This document shows, piece by piece, positions 13,123-26,175 of a DNA stretch of 64,000 nucleotides (position 1 is its first letter; each line of letters starts with the position of its first letter). This DNA comes from Octopus sinensis. Lineage: Eukaryota. The stretch spans positions 120,776,001 to 120,840,000 of the forward strand of contig NC_042997.1 of assembly GCF_006345805.1 (NCBI RefSeq). Reading direction: 5' to 3'. Position numbers and translations under genes: made by a program. Under the pieces are notes generated by a model. That model was not told the origin of the DNA and did not search any database. It saw nothing but the letters and a program-made list of their open reading frames with translations.

Positions 13123-13706
13123 CATATACATATTATTTATATATATATACAAAATTTCAGGATTCAATACAACCAGCCATTTAATGCCGCCGTTAATCAA
13201 TTAAAATGTCTTTGGATACAGGTGTAGTGAATTGACACATCCACCTGTTGTGTCAATTATTTATCTATATGTGTGTGTTTGTGCGTTTCTGTGTATGTGT
13301 GCGCGCGCGCATTTATATTTATATATACATATTTTGTCTTGATTGAATGTACAAGCAGTACTACAAGTACCACTGTTAAGAGCTCCATTATGCTACCATA
13401 GATTAGCTTGATTCTAGTGTACTATGCTTAGCAATATTATTGGTTGTGAAATGCAGAGGAAATATAGGAGAAATTACGACTAACACATGTTTATAAAATT
13501 GTTCCATTCCTACGTCTAACCATTATCTTTACCTACAGCCCTACATTGGATTTTCGAAGTGGTTTTGGATCCTTAATCAGAACAAATCATCAAGGAACAC
13601 TTTTATGCATGAAGAGAACATATTACGTACATTTATACATATGTCTATCTGTAGATGAACGAAATGCTTCTAAACGACTCTCTCACATATCATACAACAT
13701 CTAAAT

Positions 13707-14178
13707 CTCGAAAGAGTCCAGAAGTTGGCTACCCGCATGGTTCTTGGTCTCAAGAATTTGTCTTATGAAGAATGGCTGAAGACGCTCGACCTTTATTCTC
13801 TAGAAAACCGACGACGCCGTGGAGATCTCATTCTTGCTCACAGTATCATAAGCGGAAAGTGTAATCTCCCGAAAGAGCTGTTCTTCACTCCTGCTCCAGA
13901 GTGTCGGCTGCTGGGTCATTCCGAAAAGCTCTATCTGCGACGATTTCCTCTCAATCGAAGGAGAGGAGCTTTCTCCGTCCGGGTTGCGGATCCGTGGAAT
14001 AAGCTGCCAGACGAGATGGTGAAGATGCCGACGACCGCTCGGTTCAAAGTCTCCCTTGACCTCAAGTGGCCTGAACTCTTTACATGAACACCACCCTGTA
14101 CATAACTCCATGTCCCCCTACATGGCCTTGCTTTTTGCTTTTTGAGCCAAAAAGTTAACTATCTCACTAACTAACTAA
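13707..14178 (+). mobile_element. CR1-clade LINE, 5'-truncated 3' end
   Basis: LERVQKLATRMVLGLKNLSYEEWLKTLDLYSLENRRRRGDLI...GHSEKL...FSVRVADPWNKLP is the CR1 ORF2 C-terminus. Short 3'UTR and a (TAAC)n tail follow. Confidence 0.9.
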
Positions 14179-15379
14179 ATCGAAATATGTTTCTAAATGT
14201 GGCAGAATTTCTGTTAACGAAGTATCCAACTATGCACTACGTATTTCATTCTGTTTTATTCCCATGAGTGGACATTTGTTGCATGCCGTAGATGTTACAG
14301 CTAATAATTGTTACTATTGTAAAAGAATCTTAAGAAATAGGAAACTGTATCAAGTAATTATTGAAAATTCTCTGAGATTATATAGCGATTCGCAAAGAAA
14401 TTTGGATTCACATTGAAATTCTCCTTTCCATTACCCAAATATTAAAGCCTACCATAAATGTCGTTGGATTAACAGTTATGTGTTTCACATAAATACATTC
14501 GTCACTATTCTTGTATCTTTTAGAAGTAGACAGCGATATAAAATATTAAAGTAATTTGCATAATTCATGATATCCATATATTAGCAAACAATGCTATAGA
14601 TTTTTTTTTTGATAGCCATTCAGGGACGAATCAAAAGATTGTTGAGTAAATTATTTACAATCTTTAGATGTCACAATTTACATTGTTCATTGAAATTTGC
14701 TTTGAAATTCAACCGTCGGGGTTTCTTCAAAAATGCAGCCAGAAAGGTGCCGAGAAAGGGATAACGTAACTGAGTGTCATATACACGGAATCGTATAGTC
14801 TTAAACTTGTATCCAAAATCGATATCGTACATTGATCTCTCATACAATGACATTTTATATAACTGTCAAAAATACCCACATCAATGGTTTTTGCTATGGT
14901 TGCACAATGGTCCCACTGATTAAACTATATTTTTATATTGCTGTGAAGTGACTTACTCCAACTATTTTCGAGAAATGAATATAAATGAGAGGAAAGAAAC
15001 TAAAATAAAAGAGAATAGAAAAAACAATAGAAAAAATGAAAATAGTAAACCATATGAAGTTCTTGATGTTCAAAACTTCAGTATGAAGGAAAGTTTTCGA
15101 TGTTGTGATAGACAGAGATTTACACACAAACACAAACACGCACAGGCACGCACGCACACATACACACACACACACTCACACACACACACACTCACGCTAA
15201 TGCAGACATGGAATATATATTTCGAATATATCTCAAATCGATGTTATTAAACTAACGGTTGCTAGAGAGCATTACTGTTGCAATAATTATTGAAACGCGC
15301 ATACATGCACAGACTTGTGTCTGTATTTGATGTATACAGACGCCTGGTATGTGTGTCCGTGTGTATACATATACATATG

Positions 15380-15472
<93 letters not shown>

Positions 15473-15698
15473 CATATAAATGTGCGTGTTCATATATGTC
15501 TGTGTGTGTGTGTTTGCGTATGTGTGTATCGGATAGCCGATAGGTAATGATTGTAAAGAATAAAATACAAAGAATAAATGGGAAGGGCGTAAGGTGTTTT
15601 GAATGAATAGCACTCAAATTTTTGTGGCGTTCTCTGAAGGTCAGCCATGCATATCATGCGTGACAACTTGGATACACACCACGATTAACACATGTTTA

Positions 15699-15767
<69 letters not shown>

Positions 15768-15768
<1 letters not shown>

Positions 15769-16140
15769 CTAATGTAGGATAAAAGTTTTCGAAAAAAAAT
15801 TTATCAATGGCGAGCATATTAAAAAAAATACCTTTAAAGGTTAAATTTATAAACAACTTATAAATAAGAGCAAACGAAAAGATTTCTAATGCCATATATG
15901 CCGAAACTAGACACATTGTCCATAACCATATAATTTATCCCAATAAGCACGCTACTCGAAAAAGGTCGACAGAAATTTCTAAAAAATTCCGTTATTACCA
16001 TATCGGACCGACTTCAGGGTTACTTCATAAGAACCTTCCCTTCGTCAGTGATAAATGTGGCAAAGAAATAAATGAAATACTTACTCATACCCACTATTAA
16101 ATTTATATCTAATGTAGGATAACATTTTTCGAAAAACTGT
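15768..16140 (-). mobile_element. Short element with terminal direct repeats and a decayed HHR (16002-16052), 3' end in (TA)n
   Basis: atctaatgtaggataa...ttcgaaaaa occurs at ~15767 and ~16107. Minus strand: ATCA-CTGACGA-AGGG..CCCT-GAAG TCG GTC-CGAT. Confidence 0.55.
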
Positions 16141-17183
16141 GAGAGTTTCAGTTCGAATCGCACTACTATAATAAATAAACATATCGTACCGAATACAACT
16201 CTCGAAGCGAGTCATTTAAAAAGAGAATTCAGGTGCATATCACTGTGATTTCGTAATCAGTGTAGTAGTATGCACTCTTTACTCCTCAGTGCAAGCATAA
16301 TTCAAGATTTACAATGATTGAACAAATACAACATACCAGGCGAACAACCATCGTATCCAACGCAGCATGTAGAAATGTTCACTCCTTATACATCTATGTA
16401 AGTGGGGGTCTTTTTCGATTTGCATTTCGGTAACAACGTGCATATTCGGAATAAAAATTTAGTATTGAAAATACTCCGGTTAAATTTACAATTTAAAAAT
16501 AGGCTAAATCCTTCAAAAGAATTAATCAAGTACTTAGCGGGAAAAACATCATTACAGAAAAAACCATCATTTTTTCTCTTAAATATATTTATTTATATCA
16601 TATAGAGGTCATTTTTACACATAAATGCCACAAGATAGGAGAGACTTTTAAATCATATATATGAATCATATATATATATATATGATTGAAAAAATATGGA
16701 ATCCACAACAAGGAGTACGATTGGACATTTATTTTCAATCTCTAATAATATGTCTACGTAGTATACTCCTACAGTACTTGATTGTGCAGTACTCCTCTGC
16801 TACTTGATTGCCCAACTGTTTCCTTGCATTATGAGATCTAGTTGTATTTACTCAGATGATATGTAAATATTGTCTCCGTAACTTTAGATTCCCGTCTTGA
16901 ACGGCACCCTCTCGCTTTGTCGTTGCTTGGAGTTCTTGGTAGCCACTGAGTTTGTTAAAGGTGCGTTGTTGCTGATAGACCGTTGGCAAATTGTTGAATC
17001 CAAATCATTTTCAATTATCTATTACCTATTCACACAAAACAGAAGCTCAAACGCTAATTTGTAAGTACGTATGATACTACTCCTGGATTGCACAGGATGA
17101 AATGTGAAGGTGAACGAGATTTCCAATGTACTCTACTACGTTCTTAACAAAATATACCATAACTATATATATATATGTATATA

Positions 17184-17189
<6 letters not shown>

Positions 17190-17215
<26 letters not shown>

Positions 17216-17580
17216 ATTAATAAATAAAACATATGCATATATACATATATGTACGTACCTACCTCTACATGTATATATACACGCATATATGGGTACAGGA
17301 CACCAAAAGAAAACCTCGAACTCAATGAGAAACGAAAACATAAACACAAAACCAAGGAACTGGACATTTTTCTTAAACAACAAAAAAATAGAGTACAGGA
17401 CAAATAACACAAGGAAAATTGCCCTTCTTCAGTCGCCATGGTTTCATCTACTCTGCGTTTCGAAGGTGAAGGTTATACGCATCTTCGATAGAAACTTTCC
17501 TTCCCGCGAATATATACACAACTATTTCCAGGATATTTATTACTTATATCCTTTCATCGGAGGCGGTGTGAGAGGATAGT
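17190..17580 (-). mobile_element. Short interspersed repeat with a weak HHR-like motif (~17515-17564)
   Basis: Minus strand CCGATGA-A-AGGATAT..ATATCCT-G-GAAA with a 7-bp stem II, but no matching stem I partner. The 3' side ends in (AAT)n/(TA)n. Confidence 0.3.
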
Positions 17581-17897
17581 TAAATAATAGTTAGCTTAGA
17601 TGTGATGCAAACTAGATGGTGACGTTAAGGAAAGAAAATAGATGCAAGATGTATATGTATATTGAAGTTATAAATCCATTTTTTATGCAGAATGGTATAT
17701 ATGTAGTATTCCAATACCTTATGAGTAAAGTCCGAAAGTCCAACAGAGTTTAAAATGGGTCCCTCCAAATCTAGAGTTTATACACAATGTTAGATTCCCT
17801 TATGAGTGAGATCCAGCAGGTTGTAAACTTTGTCATTCCAAGGTTATATACATATAATTTTTTCTTTTTATGCGTCTGTATATAAATTATAATGTAG

Positions 17898-17995
<98 letters not shown>

Positions 17996-18364
17996 GTGTG
18001 GGTGTGTGTGTGTGTTTGTACTCACGTTGCCACCATGATACGCATGACCAAAACCCAAAGAACTCCACAAATTTCAGAGAGTTTTCATTCAAAAGCCATT
18101 CTGGGCATCCCATTTATTCTTGGCATTTGAGAGTTTTCATTCTTCATCTACCACTCCCCAAACACATAAAAACATCCTGCCCCTCATAGTAGCGAAATGA
18201 ACATATGATAACACTCTAGCATAATATTTACCAAGATGAGGTTTTTTTCTGCTTTATGCGGGACAATCGATTGTATCATATCGTAACCCACCGACTGAGG
18301 AGTTCAGTAGATGTAAGCAGAAACGATCGGCGTATTAAATAAAGCTTACAGTACATACCGTCTT

Positions 18365-18540
18365 CCGCATCTGACTACGGCGATGCTACAGCACCGGCTT
18401 TTGTCGAAGAAGTCGAACACAAGACTTATTGTTTGCAAGTCTAGTACTTATTCTGCCGGTCATTTATGGTGATCGGCTAAGTTACGAGGATGTAAACACA
18501 ACAGCGTCGTTGGTGTAGGAACAATTACACATATACACAC
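18365..18540 (-). mobile_element. SINE 3' portion (CORE-like family tail)
   Basis: gacttatt..tagtacttattct..ctaagttacg..gtaaacac block, shared with 19640-19835. Confidence 0.6.
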
Positions 18541-18586
18541 ACACTAAAAAATGCATATGTATATATATACATATATGTGTGTGCGC

Positions 18587-18620
<34 letters not shown>

Positions 18621-18622
<2 letters not shown>

Positions 18623-19637
18623 TAGCTTAAATTGACCCGCTCTATGCGCGGGTAAGTGTGTGGTTGTTACCTTCTGTTGCTTCCTTTCTGTTTTCTATCA
18701 CCGCATTCTTCCTCTTTGTTTCTCTCTCACTTTCCCACTCTCTTACTCTTCATTTCTCTCGGACTCTCCCTCGGTTTCTCTTACTCTCTATTTTTATCTA
18801 TCTCTCACCCAATTATAATAAACAACAAAAGATCTTGAGTAAGTTGAGAAAGTAAAATATTTTGAAAGATCAATCATAAATATCAGGCAGTGACAACGGA
18901 ACCGTCTACTTCAAGGCAGACAGCAAAACACTAACATTTAAAAAGTACAAAACGAATTTGCGAGCTGAATAAAAAATTTTTTAAATATTGGAAACTTTGA
19001 AGGGATAGAATCTGAGAATAGTAGAGTCACCATGGCTGGCATTTCTTAACGACGGACAACAACGTAATGGCAGTTTAACGGCTGCCGAAAAATTTTGAAC
19101 TTGATGTAAAAGAAAATTCCTAAACACCAAGTTTTGAAGTGATTCTTCCTCACGACAGTACATTCACCATGGCAAGCATTCAAAACTTCATCATGGACGG
19201 CAACACATTGACGATTTAAAGGCTGGCGCAACTTTTTTAGCTTCATGTAACAGAGAATTCCTAAACTCCCGGTCCTGTAAATTGTAATCCCCTTCCAGCC
19301 CCATTTAGACCTCTTTTCACATTTTGGTTAATATAACCCGATTTCATTCGGGTCTCATCTTTTATAAGATGAGGAATTTTGTCCTAGAGGTCATGCCTTT
19401 CATTTGAGGAAAAAAATAGTTGCCATGCAAACTCGCCAGCACTTTTAACATAGGTGTGCATATTTTCAGCTCAACCGACCACATAATGGAGGTGTTTTAA
19501 AATCAAAAGTGGACCTCTTTTTGTGGAAAGTCCAAGGTAAACCTACATGGCAGCAAGAAGTCGAAATCTGAGTAGTGATATCAAAGTCACTTACTCAACA
19601 AATTGCAGATATCAGAGGAGGCTTTCAATAATATCAG
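18621..19637 (-). mobile_element. Non-autonomous Helitron
   Basis: Minus-strand 3' end: hairpin ACCCGC..GCGGGT, 9 nt, then CTAG|T. Internal ~147-bp imperfect duplication (caccatggc...ggctg). 5' end approximate. Confidence 0.6.
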
Positions 19638-19639
19638 TG

Positions 19640-19835
19640 TAGCAACACGGCGGTGCCACAGTATGACTAGAACTTTAGGCGAGCAAATCGACCCCAGGAC
19701 TTATTCTTTGGAAGCCTAGTACTTGTTATATCGGTTCTTTTGCCGAACCGCTAAGTTACGGCGACAAAAACACACAACCATCGGTTGGTCAAGCGATGTT
19801 GGGGAGGTGGAAAACACAGACACGCAAACATATAT
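19640..19835 (-). mobile_element. SINE 3' portion (CORE-like family tail)
   Basis: gagcaaatcgaccccaggacttattcttt..gccgaaccgctaagttacgg..gtcaagcgatgttgggg..acacagacac. Confidence 0.75.
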
Positions 19836-19884
19836 GCATACAATATATATATATATATATTATATATATATATTATATATATTT

Positions 19885-19934
<50 letters not shown>

Positions 19935-19935
<1 letters not shown>

Positions 19936-22900
19936 TAAATATTAGGGAATAAATCCAAATTTACAGGAAAAAAATCAGATTTAGGATTAAATCCAATTTT
20001 ATAGTAAAATATTATAAAATATTATTAGAGACAAAACCACTATTTTGCAAAACAAACAAGGAAGACTTAATCAATACATAAAATTTTAATAAATAGTCAA
20101 AAAAAACCGCCACTACAATCGTTTCTTGTCTTGATCGACAATCTTCAGGTGGACTTCCAATCTAAAAAATCAATATTTTAAAATATAAAAATAATAATTT
20201 TAAAATAATTAAAGTATGAATGAAAAATATAAGTATATAATCCATATATAACCTATATATAATCCATATATAATCAATATATAAACAATATATAAAACAA
20301 AAAAACCTATCAACAATAAATATAAACTATAAAATATAAAAAATAAAAATAAAATATAAAATATAAAATATAAAAAAAAAACAAAAAAATAATAAATATA
20401 ATAATAAACTATATATACACCCATACACATATACCTAATTATATATAACCATATAACTACATACACTAAATCACACACCTAATATATATATCCCTATACA
20501 TACACATAAAACGTCTAGGCAACTATAAATAAATAAAATAGCTAAATACTTCAACACAATACTTATTCATACTCCCACACACACACACATACAACCCACA
20601 TTCACGCTCTAGAAAACGGACATCACTCAAAACTATGAACGGAGAAATGGAATAAATGGAATTAAAAATTATATTCACTTGGTAAAACGAACACTACTTA
20701 AAAATTATGAATGACACAATGCAATAAAAACAACAGACATCGCAAATAGACACAAATTACTACGAATTCCTTAACAAACCTATCATGATAAACCAAAACT
20801 CATAAAAACATATAATGATAAAATCTCCCTTTACTAAACTCATAACAAACCTATATAGCAATCCCCCTAACCTAAACATTCACACACAAATACACACACG
20901 TAAACCACACACCCACGACATATACAAATACCCACACCACTTACACATACCAATACATACATATAAACCTCAACATATACTCCAAAAACCCACTCAACCC
21001 CACACAGACAAATAAACACAAAAATTATGAATGGATTCTTTATAAAACTACCATGATAAGCTAAAACTCACAAAACAGAAATGATAAAACCTCCCTTTAC
21101 TAAACACTATAACATACTTATATAGCAATCCCTTTAACCTATACATTCACACACAAAAACACACACGTAAACCACACACCCATAACAAACAAACACCCAC
21201 ACCACTCTCACACACACACACAAGTACATATAAGCCTCAACATATACACCAAACAAAATTACTTTACCAAGGAACTTAACATATGTATAAAAGTATAACC
21301 ACTCTGGAAACGAACATCTCTAAATTAATGCATAGAGAAATGGAATAAATGGAATTAAAAATAATATTCACTTGGCAAAACGAACACACTCAAAAATTAT
21401 GAATGAAACAATGTAATAAAACAACCAACATCGAAAATAGACAAATTACCACGAATTCCTAAAAAAACCATGATAAACCAAACTCTTAAAAAACATATAA
21501 CGATAAAATCTCCCTTTGCTAAACTCTATAACAAACCTATATAATAATCCCCCTACCTAAACATTCACACACAAATACACCAACCGTAAACCACAGACCC
21601 ACGACTTATACACATACCTATACTAACTTATAAACCTCAATATAACCAAAACCCACTCACTCCCCCACAGACAAATTAACACATACATCCAAAACCTAAA
21701 TAACAAACCCATATACACATTCACACACAAACACACACACACGCAAAACACACACACACAACGGATACAAACACTCCCTCACATATACGCATATACATAC
21801 TCACTAAACTCGATATATACAACAATATTTACAACACCCACACTCATACAGATAAATAAATTATACAACTAAAAAACTCACCACAAACTCATATACATAA
21901 ACACTCCTATGAAAACAACATAAATACATCGTAATTAACCAGAATATCAAAAATAACAATATGACATAAGGATAAATAAAGACATACTTACAAGTCAGTT
22001 TCAAATTATGAAGTGAAATTAAATTCTTAGCCGTTAAAAAAATCAAACCAAAATTACGTTACCATAGAAATAACTTATGTAAAAAAAGAATACGCGCCAT
22101 GGAAAGTAAACGTCATTTAAATTATGAATGGAGAAATAGAATAAATGGAACTAAAAACTATATCCACGTGGCAAGCCAACACAACTTTAAAAAATTTATT
22201 ATGAATGGATTCTTTAAAAAACTACCATGAAAACTCATTATATACATTTATGAGCTTTAGCTCACCTTAGCAGCTCTAACAAACAACTTGCAGTAACCCA
22301 AACCCATTCTCTATGCCTACCTCACTACTACACTATTCCATTCACAATTCCAAGCAACGCTAGTCCACCACCCGGTTATTCACGTGGCAAAACGAACACC
22401 ACTCAAAAATTATGAATGAACAATGTTAATAAAAAACAACATCGAAAATAGACAAAATACCACGAATTCCCTAAAAAAAAAAAAAAAAAAAAACCATGAT
22501 AAACCAAAACTCATAAAAACATATAACGATAAAATCTCCCTTTGCTAAACTCTATAACAAACCTATATAGCAATCCCCTAACTAAACATTCACACACAAA
22601 TACACACACGTAAACCACAGACCCACGACTTATACACCTACCTATACTAACTTATAAACCTCAATATACACCAAAAACCACTCCCTCCCCACACAGACAA
22701 ATTAACACATACATCCCAAAACCTAAATAACAAACCCATATACACATTCACACACAAACACACACACACGCAAAACACACACACACAACAGATACATATA
22801 CTCCCTCACATACGCATATACATACTCACTAATCTCGATATATACAACAATATTTACACACCCACACTCATACAGATAAATAAATTATACAACTAAAAAC

Positions 22901-23510
22901 TCACACACAATCTATCATATAAAAACAACCACTCCTATGAAAACAACATTAAATACATCGTAATTAACCAGAATATCAAAAATAACAATATGATATAAGG
23001 ATAAATAAAATACATACTTACAAGTCAGTTTCAATTATGAAGTGAAATTAAATTCTTAGCCGTTAAAAAAACCAAACCAAAATTACGTTACCATAGAAAT
23101 AACTTATGTAAAAAGAATACGCGCCATAGAAAGTAAACGTCATTTAAATTATGAATGGAGAAATAGAATAAATGGAACTAAAAACTATATCCACGTAGCA
23201 AACCAACACTACTTAAAAAATTTATTATGAATGGATTCTTTAAAAAACTACCATGAAAATCATTATATACATTTATGAGCTTTAGCTCACCTTAGCAGCT
23301 CTAACAAACAACTTGCAGTAACCCAAACCTATTCTCGATGCCTACCTCACTACCACACTAATCCATTCACAATTCCAAGCAACGCTAGTCCACCACCCGG
23401 TTACATTCCCAACTCCACCCATCATTCACAATTTCAACGACATTCGCCTCCACAGCGCTACATATAAGCCTCAACAATACACCGGAGATACACTTACACA
23501 TCCGTGCGGA
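19935..23510 (-). mobile_element. Probable PLE 3' (pLTR-like) region without ORF, with internal tandem duplications
   Basis: Canonical HHR ~170 bp from the (TA)n-joined end. Strongly strand-biased low-complexity sequence like the 3' region of the 46.8-49.7-kb PLE. ~1.02-kb tandem pair 21364-22378 / 22379-23400 plus partial units. Confidence 0.55.
20110..20152 (-). ncRNA. Minimal type-I hammerhead ribozyme, canonical core
   Basis: CCAC-CTGAAGA-TTGTC gatcaa GACAA-GAAAC GATT GTA-GTGG. All three stems pair; predicted cleavage after GUA. Confidence 0.8.
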
Positions 23511-23774
23511 TGGGTGAGAGTATACATTGGGTGTAGTGATGGGGCTCCCATTACTATACACATTTGTACCTGTGTGGTAGTCTCCATGTGTATATTCACG
23601 CACGGGTATAAATGCAGGGGGTACACGCGCACGTCATTTGCGTGTACCCCTCACATGTACATATGCATGCTATTTGGGCTCGATATATGCAACAATGTAA
23701 TCGCACAACCAGGGAACGCACACGTTTGATTGTGCAATTCCCCCGAGATGCATGTATGCGGGCGCGATTACATT

Positions 23775-24046
23775 GTCAAGCAACCGGTGGGGGGACAAAC
23801 ACAGACACACAGACATACACACACATACCTATATATATATACATTAACATATATATATATATATATTATATATATATATATATATTTATATATATACATA
23901 TATATATACAACGGGCTTGTTTCAGATTCCGTCTACCAAATCCACCCACGAGGCATTGAACAACCCGATGCTATAGTACAAGACACTTGCTCAAGTTGCC
24001 ACGCAGTGGGAACCAACCCGGAACCACGTGGTTGGTAAGTAAGCTA
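23775..24046 (-). mobile_element. CORE-like tRNA SINE, body and tail (its head lies at 25542-25578)
   Basis: Matches the intact head-body copy at 42631-42800 (gggctt..tcag..tccgtctaccaaatccac..agacacttgc.caag.tgccacgcagtggga). Confidence 0.85.
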
Positions 24047-25541
24047 TTTTATTTTATTCAATTTGCCATGAAGGCAGTACATAGGGTAACTATTGTAGCT
24101 TGTGGTTGAATACGGACATTTATGAGATGAATGATAATGGTACAAGGAATGATAAGGATGGGAGAAGGCGAAAAGCGCCTCCTCCCCTAAGATAGAAGAT
24201 CAAATATTCTTCAGCATTTACACTGAGAGGGGGCCTTCTCCTTGGCCTCTCCGGTGGCACACGACCCACATGGGGTTTCAGGACATGCCGCCAGTGTACC
24301 ATCAAGTGCCGACAATGTCCCGTTTTCTTCTTCCTTATTTTCTTTTCCCTTACGACGGGAAGGTGAACTTCCCCCATCATGTTCGGAAGTCCTTCCTTCC
24401 CTCCCTTCGCCTCAGGATCCATTGGTGAGCAACCATTGCTACTCACCTTTCTTTTCTTCCATTTTGTTTTCGAGGAGGTTACCTCCTCCTCGAATTTTTC
24501 CTTCCCTCACTCCTCTCCCTCCAATGGGAGAGCAGGGGTCGCCTTATCAATTAGCTTCTCCAGGAGCTTACCTTGGTGTCTGGGGCAGCTTTTCTTAATA
24601 TCGCCCGATTCCAAGCACAGGTGACACTTCGGGGTGGGGGCATCCCTCAAGCATCACCGGATACCTAGAACCAGCCATCTTTAGGAAATCTGGAAAAAAA
24701 GAGATCTTTGGCTGATTGGGTCCATAGGGTGAAAATTGCATTCTACCACGCCCAATCAGCCGCAGACAGGATCTTGAGCTTCCGCAGGAGTGTCAAATAG
24801 CGCACACACGGTTTCGTACTTCACACCCCTTTGGATGAATCTAATACTTGGCAGATAATCTGCCAGCTCCTTCCCTATGTCAGTCTGAGAGAAGACAGTG
24901 GTGGCGTCAAGGACCCTAGAGTAGTTCCTTAACACTACCGTTCTCTCAGTATTATTTTTTACCAATATTTGGGGGCTACAATTTGCCACTCCAAAGTGGT
25001 ATTCTTTGTTGCCACATTAGCAATCATATAAAATAAAATTTTTCAAAAACAAAATATCAAATAAACGTCACTCAAAAAACACAAAAAGAAAGAAAAGAAA
25101 GACAGAAGAAGGAAGAAAGAACGAAGGAAGACAGTTAGTTCAACTGGCAACACAATTCTGCTACTCAGGTAATCCACAAATAGTAGTTCTCTGTCGCAGC
25201 ACAAAAATTCCAGTTTTCATCAAATTCTTGCCGTCTCCGTACTTCTTGACTGAATAGTAAATCCTCCTTGTCAAGGGCACTAACACAGTCACAGAACACA
25301 ATTTTCACAATTTTCAGAGGGGCACGCCTCCCAAAAACACAATTCTCACTGCAAAAGGAGTTTACTCGCACGGCCACAGGCAGACAGTACCCAGTGGAGA
25401 CCCTTGTTCCCCAAAAATATTAAATACAAACAACAGACCCCATTGAGCTCCCAAAAGATCAAACCCGTTACCAGTAGTCGTGCTTTAACGTCGAACGACA
25501 TGACTTCAGAGCGTGAAGAAAATCACGCAGTCTTCTGTGAA
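24047..25541 (-). mobile_element. Internally deleted L1/Tx1-like element: 5'UTR, decayed ORF1 (CCHC-type knuckle) and A-rich 3' tail
   Basis: Minus strand CHLCLESGDIKKSC (Cx2Cx4[H>D]x4C, 24585-24627) follows an RRM-like segment (ERTVVLRN...CALFDTPAEAQ). Ends ...ggcaaattgaataaaataaaa. Flanked by an imperfect 12-bp duplication. Confidence 0.65.
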
Positions 25542-25578
25542 GTAAGCGAATTACTTACCACACAGCCGCTCCTGCGCC
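25542..25578 (-). mobile_element. 5' head of the SINE split by the 24047-25541 insertion
   Basis: ggcgcaggagcggctgtgtggtaagta matches the head of 42631-42800. Confidence 0.8.
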
Positions 25579-25773
25579 TATATTCAATATTTACAAGTTC
25601 CTAAAAGAAAATTAAAATCTCTTGCCGTAAGATATTTAAAATCAATCTAATCACATATTTGACAGTATGAGATACCAATCAAATGCAAAATCTACAACCA
25701 AGCCAGGGGATGATAAATCAACATGTTGATCAACTAGCTAGAGATGCCATACATACAAAACAGCAACAACAGT

Positions 25774-26175
25774 GGAGACGCAATGACCCAGTGGTTAGGG
25801 CAGCGGATTCGTGGTCGGAGGATAGCGGTTTCGATACCCAGACTGGGCGTTGTGTGTGTTTTTTGAGCGAAAACACCTAAAGTTCCACGAGGCTCCGGCA
25901 GGGGGTGGTGGCGACCCCTTTTGTACTCTTTCGCTCCAACTTTCTCTCACTTTTCCTGTTTCTTGTTTCCGACACCTTACGCAACCGCTGAGCCTGGATG
26001 CGCATTCATCCATCAGTCAATATTCTCCGTGTCGGGGGTTGACCTGCTTTCTCTTCCGCGGGTCCTATGAATAGCAAAGAACCACGTTTCGGACTTTTTC
26101 CCACTACAGAGGCACGATCTTGCGAGCTCTGGGACGAAGACCGCTTCGCTCAACTAACAAACAAACAGCAACAAC
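25774..26175 (+). mobile_element. tRNA-derived SINE
   Basis: A-box-like TGACCCAGTGGTTAG and B-box-like GGTTTCGATACC, then the gagcgaaaacacctaa..caactttctctcact core. (CAA)n-type tail. Confidence 0.85.

Noticed and set aside
14671-14853. Minus-strand ORF containing DIDFG
   Set aside because: A lone DFG-like match with no convincing neighbouring kinase motifs.
20600-23400. Regularly recurring motifs resembling a CRISPR array
   Set aside because: Units are hundreds of bp long with conserved intervening sequence, there are no unique spacers or cas genes, and the context is eukaryotic.
25774-25850. tRNA-like sequences (also ~6470, 31760, 32343, 42030, 43290, 58190)
   Set aside because: They are SINE heads continuing into shared SINE bodies, not complete cloverleaf tRNA genes.
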